A DNA stretch of 64,000 nucleotides from Babesia bigemina (Eukaryota). Where the stretch lies: positions 310,001 through 374,000 of the forward strand of contig NC_027216.1 of the NCBI RefSeq assembly GCF_000981445.1. The letters run 5' to 3'. Shown here one piece after another: positions 1-10,899 of the stretch. Under the pieces are notes generated by a model that made no database searches, was not told the DNA's origin, and saw nothing but the letters and a program-made list of their open reading frames with translations. The translations under genes were made by a program, and so were the position numbers. Numbering within the stretch: position 1 is the first letter of the stretch; each line of letters starts with the position of its first letter.

Positions 1-795
1 GCATATCTTGCAGGGTGATAAATACGACACTGCAGACGCGCTTGTCGCGGGCTTCCTTCAAACTGGTAGCGTATTCAAGGCACTCAGCAGCAGGCCCCTG
101 CAGGTGAGGTAACTCCTCGGATTAGTAACACGGCGTAGATCTGGAACCCGTTCTGCTCCAACGGGCTCGTAACTAGCGAAATTGTCGGACTGATCCTGCA
201 ACTACCGAACTTCACGCAGCACAATACGCCAAGAGCACTATTTCGTCTTCTTTCAGCCGGAAATGCAGCGGATGTGTACGATGATACAATTGTTGAATAT
301 TTGGGAGGAAAGAAACGTGAGGCCAGAGGCGTCCACATAATTGCATCAGATACATCCCTGCTGAAGTTGAGCCAAACTGCCGAAAAACTCAACAAACTTC
401 ACGCATTCTACGAGGACCTTCTGGATGGTATGCGAAACAGGACGTGCACAAACTTTTCAGCAGGAGATTCTGAAGGCAGCGCTATAACGGATCAGCCCAC
501 TCTATACAGAAACTACCGCAATAGGTATGAAAGCCGTATCTGTTCTGGAAAAAGGTTCAGGTTGCCGATTCAACTATCACTGCACCATGCGCCACTCGGG
601 GTCGTGGCGCCGCTGATGTACAGGCCACTTGTGATAGCGAAAATACCATCTGTCAGAAATAGGGTGAGTACCAGTAGACCTCTGTACACGTTTTGCAGGC
701 ATACAAGGAACGCGTGTATGATACGATCAGAGAATACAAGGCTTTTGGGCACATTATCGGGTCGCGCTCAGATTGGAGAGGTGTATTCGCAATAG
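1..795 (+). CDS. 3' part of a multi-exon hypothetical protein (5' end outside window)
   Basis: Open segments (DKYDTADALVAGFLQ..., IWNPFCSNGLVTSEIVGL...HAFYEDLLD) separated by ~35 nt GT..AG introns; no recognised family; 3' end uncertain. Confidence 0.5.
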
Positions 796-1033
796 CTAAA
801 GTAGGGCAGACATTCGGGTGATGCATGTCTCATCAGGGCACTGCGTTTGAGCATTTTAGTGGACTGGAATGGCATTGCGTAGCCAAAGCTACCAACTCAA
901 CCGGGGACGTGATAAAGTTGCTCAGGTGGGTATCTGAATCCGCCTTACCGCCAACATGCAGATGGTCTGGAAAATCGCAAAAATTGGGGGATCCCCAGGA
1001 TCGACTAGAGCAAATCCATGCACTGGATTGCCT

Positions 1034-2603
1034 ATGAAACGTAGCTACATTTCTCGGGCGCTCCGAAAAATAGCACTACTGACATTTTGTGCCACCGCAT
1101 TGTTGCTAGGAGTAACACCGAGTTTTGCATTCCGTAAGTTGGATAAGTAGGCGCGCAATTGTCGATAGGGGTTATTCCGAGGGGCGATGGATGTCTGCGT
1201 GCTTCTCGTCTGTAAGTAATTTAGGTTGTTTGGAATAACGCATGATCCAGACTGGCGGATCCCATCAAGGTGGCCGTGGTGGGCAGCACGGGCAGCATTG
1301 GAACCCAAACGCTTGACGTCATACGACGGATGAATGCGTCTTCAAATGAGCCAAAGTTCAAAGTGGTCTCCCTAACGGCAAACACTAACGTGGACGACCT
1401 GGCCAAGCAGGCGGAAGAGTTCAGGTAGGCCGGGCGAGCATGGGACTGATACGCATATAGGCCTAATCGACTCAATATAAATGTTGAAGGTTCGATTTTG
1501 CGGGATAAGGTGGCCGATGGGTGCCACATTACCACCGGTAAGGAAGGAATGTTGGAAATATGTGACTCGTCTGACTACGATATCTTGGTCATGGGAATCT
1601 CTGGGTGCGCAGGTATAGAACCCACAATAGCTGCGGCCAAAGCCGGCAAGAAGCTGGCACTAGCGAACAAGGAATCGGTGGTATCAGCAGGTGGGCTATA
1701 TACATAAGGAAACCGTCTCAAACCACGCAGGTGCATTGCTTCGAAGCGTTGTTAGGGAGAACGGATGTGAAATCATACCCATAGACTCGGAGCACAACGC
1801 GCTGTACCAGTGTCTGATGACTTCAGCACGGGATTTCGCAGACCACATAAAGCAGAGGGATGAAAAACCGCTATGTGGTCTTTCAACGAATGTCATCAAT
1901 TCAGTGAAGCGGCTTATAGTCACTAGCAGTGGAGGCCCGTTCAGGGACAGAAGTCTGTCAGAAATGAAGTCTTTGCGGATATCGGATGCTCTCAAGCATC
2001 CCGTGTGGAGCATGGGCGCAAAAATAACAGTTGACTCAGCCACCATGATGAACAAAGGACTAGAGGTCATAGAAGCTAACCAGCTTTTCGGAATACCCTA
2101 TGAACGGATACGTGTACTGATACACAAGGAGTGTATTGTGCATTCTCTGGTAGAATTCGTTGATAACTCCGTGATTGCGCAACTCTACAAGCCGGATATG
2201 AGGCTCCCAATCGCATATGCACTCCACTGGCCGGACCGCACTGAAAACACGTTGCCCGAACTGGACCTAACCAAACAAAGCCTCACGTTCACGGAACCCG
2301 ATCTGGAGAAATTCCCGTGCCTCAAACTGGCTTACGAGGTTGGCAAGAAGGGCGGACTGTACCCCACGGTGCTAAATGCTGCCAATGAACAGGCCAACGA
2401 CCTTATGAGGCAGGACGCTATAGCGTACAGTGAGCTGTATCCATTGGTGCGTGACGCTGTCGAGGCTTACAACCCGCCGAATTCGGATGGGCAGGACATA
2501 GAGGTACGTGCTGTCGAAACCAATTAAATCGCTGTCGCAGGAAATAATATCCACACATGAGTGGGCAACAAGCCATGTTTTGAAGCTATTTAGGCGTAAT
2601 TAA
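1034..2603 (+). CDS. dxr: 1-deoxy-D-xylulose-5-phosphate reductoisomerase, apicoplast MEP pathway, multi-exon
   Basis: [64 protein letters not shown] and LNAANE motifs; hydrophobic N-terminal leader; short introns, e.g. 1134-1168. Confidence 0.96.
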
Positions 2604-3191
2604 CATGAATAACATTACCCAATGCTTATCTGAGTGAGCGTGCACTCTGTATTCTACGACGGCTTGTTTTTCGGTGAAGGCTAATTCACGTTTGAGCCAA
2701 TACATGCGCATCTAGCACTCCGCTACATCCGTTTGCCTCTCATCTATGAACTGTGGATTCTATTCATAGGAAGCATTATCGAGAAGGCCCTTGCTCTGCA
2801 TTTTTTAAATGGATAGTGTGCTGTGATATGCCGCCACGCTCATATTCAACCGCCTAGAAATTGCAATAACAAAGTTTATCGCTGGATGTATTGATAAGCG
2901 TATGTTTAGCATCGCTGCGAGCAAAAATGTTTTACAAGACAAGTAAATTTACACGTCGTGATGTGCAACTGTTATGCGCCGACAAGCGTCCAGAACACAA
3001 GCTGCTGCAACCACATAAAGCATAAAATTACTGCATTAATCACGGTAGGCGTTACAAGTAGTTACCATCCTCATAATCATGCTATTGCTGCGTTGATAAC
3101 AAGCGGGCCCTGTTAGCGCATCGGAGCTGCGACATACTAGCAGCAATCCATCATAATATGTCAGTCTTCTAGGTACCACTTGAAATTTGTG

Positions 3192-3398
3192 TAACAGATA
3201 TGGGCACCATATGTTGAATTCCTGTCTTAAATATACGTAGACAAAGACTCGAGGTATGCGCGCTGCATGTCACGGTGTTTTTGCGGAGCAGACTGCGATA
3301 CGACGTCTATTTCATCACCGCGTTGCTGGCGTTCCTTTATTTTATGTATGGACGGGTTCGACTGCTTCCAAAGGGCGCGTTCGCATTGGAAGGCAACA
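3192..3398 (+). repeat. 207-bp near-identical upstream block, repeated at 6006-6212
   Basis: taacagatatgggcaccatatg...ttggaaggcaaca present twice with few mismatches. Confidence 0.9.
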
Positions 3399-3544
3399 GC
3401 ACTTGTGGTGTCCCTCCCCGAGATCAGGACATAGCCGGCGTTCAGGTTACATACTGCATACACAGGTGTTTTGAAACACTATTTGTAAATTGACGCAAAA
3501 TTCGTACGTCTGTAACAGTTGCAAAATATAGCTAGTCCTTCAAA

Positions 3545-4306
3545 ATGGTATACACTTCGTTGACTGCCATTCCCCGCAACGTGAAGGAGGGTATTGACTG
3601 GTTGGTGGCCTTGAAGGGAGATGACCCTGCAAAGAACTTGAAGGCTATCAGTGAGGCAGTTTACAACTTCCTCGCGGACAAGCCCGTCGGCAAGCTTGAT
3701 TTGCCAGCCCTCGAAAAAGCTAAGCTCATTTCTAAGGGGTTCCTAAGGCGGCAGGTCCTCAACGACCAGCCATTCGTTAAGGAGTTGCTCGGAAAGTTCA
3801 ATGGCTCCATCCACAAGGAATACTACAAATACCTTAGCTTCGTGTATGATATTGCAGAAAGCGAGTATGAGAACATCATCGAATCCAGGGGTGAGACTGC
3901 GGAAACCGTTGAAGATAACATAACTAAAGTGGTGCACGCAACGGAGATGTTTTTGGATGATGTCAAAAACTCTGACAAGTACACGTCTGCCTACACTCCG
4001 GAAGCGACGTGGAATGCTTCATGCTCGAAGGATCCGGAAGTGTGCGCCATGGTATTCGTCGGCATTGCGCCAATGCTGTACACGGGCCTGCGCTTCTTGA
4101 AAGATACATGCACAAGTGCTATTCTGGAAGGAGAGCGTTCTATGGGAGAAAAGCGCCTGGGAAGTGTACTGGAAGCACTGGGTTACAATGAGCAGCTGAG
4201 GCGATCCAAGATGGGTGGTTCCGATTTAAACAAGGCTTTGAGCGGTGTTGATAAGGATGTATTGGATATAATATATGATTTTGCCGGATTCTGGGCTTTC
4301 TACTGA
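3545..4306 (+). CDS. Short 253-aa VESA1-N-terminal-like family protein, array copy 1
   Basis: MVYTSLT..PRNVKEGIDWL start typical of Babesia ves-related genes; C-terminal YDFAGFWAFY; intronless 762 nt. Confidence 0.85.
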   Translation: MVYTSLTAIPRNVKEGIDWLVALKGDDPAKNLKAISEAVYNFLADKPVGKLDLPALEKAKLISKGFLRRQVLNDQPFVKELLGKFNGSIHKEYYKYLSFVYDIAESEYENIIESRGETAETVEDNITKVVHATEMFLDDVKNSDKYTSAYTPEATWNASCSKDPEVCAMVFVGIAPMLYTGLRFLKDTCTSAILEGERSMGEKRLGSVLEALGYNEQLRRSKMGGSDLNKALSGVDKDVLDIIYDFAGFWAFY

Positions 4307-4644
4307 GTAGGGATCACTGGTGAGGTCTAAAAGTGAGTAGGCACAAATTGATTCTGGGCCCCTTATTAGTCAGCATAAGAATTCTCATGAACTATACCTA
4401 CTTCGTGGAATGTAATTACAGGTATACTTATTTATATACTCATCCTACAGTATACGGACGCCTCTAAATGAGACACAACATAGTTGTTGGCGTCTCCCAA
4501 ATCGTATTCACGGATGAATTTGGAGGGTCGTTTGCACGGCAGACGCTTTCATCTTCCTATACGCGACATACATCGTGGAGACTGGCAATTTGTAAAACAA
4601 TCTGCGCGATCAGAAAGCTTATCAGGTGTGTTGGAGATCAATCC

Positions 4645-4916
4645 CGCTTGGCGTAGCTTGTTAGCATAGCAGTTGCGAAAATACACGGCCCCGTTAGGTG
4701 CACAGCATCTTGATGCTTAGACCTAGTATGACTTGATAGCTTAATATTTGGTTCTGGTAACTTTCATGAATCTACATGCTGACATTTGGTGCAGAACATG
4801 CAGTGATGGTGTTACCGCGTATCGATGTGAAGTTTGCGTTTTTGAGCTCTGTATCGCCCGCTTGCCATCACAAGTGGTATGGTGCTAAACGGCAGGTCGA
4901 GTGGGCAATAGCAGTG
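4645..4916 (+). repeat. Conserved non-coding 3' element, also at ~11317-11502 (+), ~22110-22383 (-) and ~61291-61528 (-)
   Basis: Near-identical text, e.g. gacatttggtgcagaacatgcagtgatggtgttaccgcgtatcgatgtgaagtttgcg, in four places. Confidence 0.9.
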
Positions 4917-6342
4917 TTTTTAGGAGTAGCATCCACTAACGATCTACAATGGTAAAGAGTTGAAACTGCAGCCTACATCAACATGGCAAGGAGCTAGGTC
5001 GGTAAACTTGATGGCCATACCGATCCAGACGTATGCAGATAGTTGCTATATAACAACAAAACAAAAAGTGAGAGCATATCAAAACGTTGGAAATCATAAT
5101 TCTAGGTTCATTTGGGAAGGATTACATTGAGGAGACTGCCTTCCATGATGCGTTCACCAAAACTTACGCAGAGCCTGCAGATATCAAGAATTTGGCTACT
5201 GAGTAGCGGAAGCGCATCCCTAGGGGGACAAAAACAGGTGTCGAGGTTACTGGGCTAATTTTACTGCAATGTAAAAGATTCCATAGTAATTGTTTTATTG
5301 ACAAAGGCGTATTTGACAACTCTGGGGAAAACCTTGAACATATGACTGGCGATCGACAATTTGCAAAAATGAGGGTATACTAAGCAGCCGCGCCGCATCT
5401 ATATCGACACGACAAACATCTAGGAGGAGTTCTATAGTACTGGTATTGCGTTGCAAGATAAAGGTAGCGATAATGTTATTATGACTTTGCATGATTTAGA
5501 AGCCAATGGGCATAGTGGTGCTGAATCTGTCTGACAATCTGCATTGGAGCTACAATGTATTACAAGCAAACTCTGCGTAGTAAAGGACGATGTTAAAGCA
5601 GAAACAACAACGTCGGTCCAAACCTCAAGTGCCATGGGCACATACATAAATACGGAATAGTCCTAGCGGGCACCGTAGTGCTGGATATGATCCTAGGATG
5701 CGTTGTGAAGCATATGGTGATCATACCCGAGAGCAAAAATGTTCTACTGGAAAAGGGAATATATAGGTCGTAATGTGCAGCTGTTATGATTAGAGGGCCG
5801 CCCGGAACGCAAGCTGCTGCAAGCGCATAAAGTAAAAACAAATCATGCTAATCGCATAAGACGGTAAAAAAAACATGTTTGCATTCCTGATCATCTGGAT
5901 GTTGTTCTGATAAAAAGCAGTAACCGCAAAAGTCCATCTGCTCTGTTAATAACTACTCGCAACCCGTGGTACCTTTCGCGTTTAGACGCACGATCAAAAA
6001 TATACTAACAGATATGGGCACCATATGTTGAATTCCTGTCTTAAATATACGTAGACAAAGACTCGCGTTATTCGCGCTGCATGTCACAGTGTTTTTGCGG
6101 AGCAGACTGCGATACGACGTCTATTTCATCACCGCGTTGCTGGCGTTCCTTTATTTTATGTATGGACGGGTTCGACTGCTTCCAAAGGGCGCGTTCGCAT
6201 TGGAAGGCAACAACGCCGTTGTGCTGATTCGCCACTAAGACACATCTGCTCATAGAGTCCGGCCACTCTGCAAACTTGCCTGCGAATTGACAATAAATTC
6301 ATAAGTGTATAGAGGTCGCCTAATCTAACGAGTCTTTGCAAA

Positions 6343-7104
6343 ATGGTATATCTTACGTTGACTCAAGCTCCTCGCAATGTGAAGGAGTGCGTTGATTGGT
6401 TGTTAGCCGTGAAAGGAAATGATCCCGAAAGGAACTTGAAGGCTTTGGGTACCGCCGTTTACGATTTTCTTGCAGACAAACCTGTTGGCAAGATGGAGGT
6501 GGCAGCTCTCGAAGAAGTTAAACGCATTTCCAAGGAGTTCCTTGAGCAAGAGGGGCTTAGGAAACTGCCGTTCATAAAAACTCTACTGAAGAAGTTCAAC
6601 GGGCCCGTTAACAAAAAGGTCTACCAACGTTTTGCCGTGTTTTATGATGTCGAAGATAGTGATTATGAGAACGTTGTGCGCAACACGCCTCTCTTACCTG
6701 AAAAAATCACACTGAACATAGCTAAAGTTGTATATGCTACAGAGCTGTTCTTGGATGATGTCAAAGACCCTCACAAGTATACGTCTGCTTACGGTTCAGA
6801 AGCTACATGGGAGGCATCGTGCGCGGAAGACCCACAAGCCTGCGCGATGGTCTTCGTAGGGATTGCGCCAATGTTATATGCAGGCCTACTATCATTGAGG
6901 AGTGCAGGCATTGCTGCACCATGGAGGTGGCTAATATCTTCTTGGGCTAAGAGTCCGGAAGATGTAATGAAAGCGGTCGGTTACAACGAACCGCAGTGCC
7001 GCAATAGCATTAGTGGTTCGGATTTGCTGGAAGCATTACGACGTGTGAATGCCGATGTACTGCATATAATTTACGACCTCGCTGGCTTCTGGGCTTTCTA
7101 CTGA
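6343..7104 (+). CDS. Short 253-aa VESA-like family protein, array copy 2
   Basis: APRNVKECVDWL...YDLAGFWAFY; 762 nt; paralogous to 3545-4306. Confidence 0.85.
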   Translation: MVYLTLTQAPRNVKECVDWLLAVKGNDPERNLKALGTAVYDFLADKPVGKMEVAALEEVKRISKEFLEQEGLRKLPFIKTLLKKFNGPVNKKVYQRFAVFYDVEDSDYENVVRNTPLLPEKITLNIAKVVYATELFLDDVKDPHKYTSAYGSEATWEASCAEDPQACAMVFVGIAPMLYAGLLSLRSAGIAAPWRWLISSWAKSPEDVMKAVGYNEPQCRNSISGSDLLEALRRVNADVLHIIYDLAGFWAFY

Positions 7105-8231
7105 ACAGGAATTGCATGACCTGTAAAAGGAGCCAAGCACAGACTGGGTACGGCTCATAAACGAGTGGCCGCTGTATGAATCCTCACAACATTTTTAACC
7201 TCAACTTGTAGTTATACCAAATTTTTGTACAATCTTTATCCTCTAAACTGTGTTCGTTGGATGAGACCAAAATACGGTTCTCCGCGTCTATCCGATTACG
7301 TTAATGCGCAATTCGGCAATGTGTTGCCGCAACATCACACGCTCTCCTCTTCCTATACCCGACGTGTATTGTGTGGACAAGCGGTTTATAAAATGTAAGT
7401 TCACGATCAAAAGGCTTAACAGGTGTGTAAACAGTTACAGCCGCTTGGTGTAGCTTGGGGCGTACCAGTTACGGAGATGGTTGGCACCTGTTAAGTGCAA
7501 GACGTAACAGCTCATGGGCATATTATCGCTTGGCAACTCATCTTCGATGGCACTAAATCTCACGAATATACACACCGTTATTTTATACCCAGACTAACGA
7601 ACATGATTGTGCGCTGGATTCAGCGGCAAGCGACGATAACAGCTGGTAGCATACATGTTTTGCTATGAAGTTGGATTTGTGTCGTTATGTGCAGTTTAAT
7701 CCGAGTAGTGCTGTAAACAACAACCTGTTCCAACCACTTAGAGCAAACACAATTGTACCAATCACACCAGACAGTAGAAGGAGAGCACGAATCACGCATT
7801 ATGCGACTGGTGTGTTCATACCGAGTTCAAGCGAAACGACGCAAGCTTTGTAAGTCACTAATAACAGCCCATCGTAAAAGTCAAAACGTTGATCCGTCAC
7901 TTAAATTCTACTAACATTTGTACCTTCAATATGTACCCTTTCTGCCTGAAACTTGTGCACGCCGATGACTCGCCCTTTAAATACTGCATGCTGCGCTTGT
8001 TGTCTAGAATCGCTTGCGATGCAGCATTTATGTAGTCATTGCTTTGCCCTGGTCTGTATCTTTCGCGTGAAGGCGGAATGGCATACTGTGCTGAGGCACA
8101 TGTGTATTAGAAGGCGACCAGGCCGTAACTCGGATTATCAAGTGAGACACAGTTATTTGCCAGTCGATTCCTTAAGTAACCCCAAAAGCATACACGTATA
8201 TAAATAGCTAATATTGACGCGTCATCACAAA

Positions 8232-8993
8232 ATGGTGTACTTTACGTTGACCCAGGCTCCCCGCAACCTCAAGGAGGGCATTGATTGGTTGATAGCCGTG
8301 AAGGGAGACGATGGGATGAAGAACTTGAAGTCTTTGGGTACCGCCGTTTACGATTTTCTTGCAGACAAACCTGTGGGTTTTACAGAGGTGCCAGCTCTCG
8401 AAGAAGTTAAACGCATTTCCAAGGAGTTCCTTGAGCAACCGGAACTTATGCACCAACGATTCGTACAAGGTTTGGTCACGAGATTCAATAAACGTATCGG
8501 CAAACAATTTATCAAATACTTTAGGTTCGCGATTCCTATTAACGAAAGTGATTATGCAAATGTTGTAGTGACCAGGCATCTCTTACCTGAAAAAATCGCC
8601 GAAAACTTGAGTAACGTTGTGACTGCTACGGACCTGTTCTTAGATGATATCAAAAACCCTGACAAGTATAAGTCAGCTTACAGTTCCGAAGCGACGTGGG
8701 ATGCGTCATGTTCGACAAAACCGGAAGATTGCGCTGCGATATTAGTGGGGATTTCGCCGATGTTATTCAGCGGTCTACTATCGCTACAGAGGGCTGGAAC
8801 TGCTGCAAACCGCAAATGGTCAAAGGCAAGAAAAGGAAAACGTTTGAGAGAATTATTGGGTGCCTTGGGTTACAAAGAAGAAGTCTGTCGTAATAGTATA
8901 AGTGGTTCGGATGTAGTCAGCGCATTGAGAGACGTAAAGGAACGTACATTAGAAATACTCTACGACCTCTGTGGATTCTGGGCATTCTATTGA
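8232..8993 (+). CDS. Short 253-aa VESA-like family protein, array copy 3
   Basis: ATG at 8232 in caaaATGG context; APRNLKEGIDWL...YDLCGFWAFY; 762 nt. Confidence 0.85.
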   Translation: MVYFTLTQAPRNLKEGIDWLIAVKGDDGMKNLKSLGTAVYDFLADKPVGFTEVPALEEVKRISKEFLEQPELMHQRFVQGLVTRFNKRIGKQFIKYFRFAIPINESDYANVVVTRHLLPEKIAENLSNVVTATDLFLDDIKNPDKYKSAYSSEATWDASCSTKPEDCAAILVGISPMLFSGLLSLQRAGTAANRKWSKARKGKRLRELLGALGYKEEVCRNSISGSDVVSALRDVKERTLEILYDLCGFWAFY

Positions 8994-10137
8994 CTAGGGA
9001 TCGCATATGAGCCGTCATAAGAGCTAAGCACAGACCGAGTCTGGCTCCGAAGTGGGTAGTCATTATATGAATCCTCACGAAACAGTTTTAATGTTGGTAT
9101 ATAGTAATAGCCGTTATGATCTATAGACTCTGCATCCGCAATACTGCTGCCATGGGGTGGGGAAAAACTGTTTCATGCTTCAACATTATCTTCCACGGCG
9201 CAGTTCGTTTGTATGCTGTGGCAAGGTTACAAGCGTTCGTCTTCGTGCACCCGACTCCATGTGGTAACCGACAGTTCATTAAGCATACTGTACGATTTAA
9301 AAGCGTAACAGAAGTGCGGACGGTCAGAGTCACTTGCTGTAGCTTGGCAGGTTACCAGTTACTGTAATACCTGGCATGCATGGACTGCAAGGCGTTACAA
9401 TGCCTGCACCTATCATCGCCTGACGACTCCTCATTAGTGGCACTGGTTCTTACAAACATAAAGCCATTAGTTTTGCCCCAGACTAGCGAACGTGCTAGCC
9501 CTCTAAATCAGCAGAAAGAGACGATAACAGCTGGTAGTATCTAGGTTTCGCTAGGAAGGTCAATTTATCTCGTTATTTGCAGTTTAATCTGACAAGTGTT
9601 GTAAACAGAAACCTGTTCCGACCACTTAGAGCAAACACAATTGTGCCAATCACATCAGACAGTTGAAAAGAGTCTCTGTTCACCATCAAGTAACTGGTGT
9701 GTCAATAACGAGGTTATGCGGAACGACGTTGGCTTCGTACGACACTGCTACCGGCCCATAGTAACAGTGGATACGTTGATGCGTTACTTAATTTGTGCTA
9801 ACATTTGTAGCTTCAGTATACGCCCTTTATGGCTGAAACCTGTGCACACATATGACTCGCCCTTTAAATACTGCATGCCGCGCTATTTGTCTAGAACTGA
9901 CTGCGATGCAGCACTTTTGGCATGAGTGTATTGCCCGAAATTGACTATTTTGTGCGTTGACGGATTTGCAGATTGTGATAAATTACTGGTGTATTGGAAG
10001 GCAAAGGCATTTAGGTTGTCCGTCTCCTCGATTAGGACACAGGTGCTTCAATACGCTTTCTGTCTTATATACTGTTCTGCAGATAGCGTAACAACACACG
10101 TTTATAGAGGTCACCTTATCAGAAGAATCTTTGCAAA

Positions 10138-10899
10138 ATGGAATTGCATTCGTTGATTGCGGCTCCTCGCAACCTGAAGGAGGGAATTGACTGGTTGGTG
10201 GCCTTGAAGGGAGATGATGCTGAAAACAACTTTAAAGCCATGGCTACTGCCGTACACAAATTCCTCGCAGACAAGCCAGTTGGTAAGATGGAGTTGCGAG
10301 ATCTTGAGGATGTAAAAAGCGTTTCCAAGGAGTTCCTGATGCAACTGGAGGTTCACCACCATCCATATGTAAAGGACCTGTTGACACGATACAATGTGGC
10401 TATGGATAGAAACCTCGGGTTTTTCGACAGGGCATTTAAGGATATTGCCATAAGTGATTACGAGAATGTCTTACAGACTCAGAGTATTGAACCTGAAACC
10501 ATCGCAGAGAACCTTGGTAAAGTTGTTCATAGTACCGAGAAGTTCTTGGACTACATTAAAAGGACACGCCGCTATAATCGTACCTACAGCTTACAGGCGA
10601 CGTGGGCTTCCTCGTGCACGCATGACCCAGAAGTTTGCGCAGTGGTTCTCGTAGGCATTGCACCTATGTTGTATGCAGGCCTGCGTTGTTTGATTGATGC
10701 GGCTGCAGATGCATTTATGGAAGGACCGGCTTCTATTCAGGAGCACAGTTTGATAAGTGTTTTGGAAACTCTGGGTTACGAGGGGCAACCAAAGCGTGGT
10801 AAGGTGCGTAGTTCAGATATACGCAGTGCGTTGAGCGATGTGAACAAAGATGTATTGAACGTGCTCTACGACCTCGCTGGCTTCTGGGCGTTCTACTGA
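10138..10899 (+). CDS. Short 253-aa VESA-like family protein, array copy 4
   Basis: APRNLKEGIDWL...YDLAGFWAFY; 762 nt. Confidence 0.85.
   Translation: MELHSLIAAPRNLKEGIDWLVALKGDDAENNFKAMATAVHKFLADKPVGKMELRDLEDVKSVSKEFLMQLEVHHHPYVKDLLTRYNVAMDRNLGFFDRAFKDIAISDYENVLQTQSIEPETIAENLGKVVHSTEKFLDYIKRTRRYNRTYSLQATWASSCTHDPEVCAVVLVGIAPMLYAGLRCLIDAAADAFMEGPASIQEHSLISVLETLGYEGQPKRGKVRSSDIRSALSDVNKDVLNVLYDLAGFWAFY

Noticed and set aside
3275..3493. Hydrophobic 72-aa ORF upstream of array copy 1 as a signal-peptide exon
   Set aside because: GTG start, no clear splice acceptor joining it to the 253-aa ORF, and not kept open in the other upstream regions
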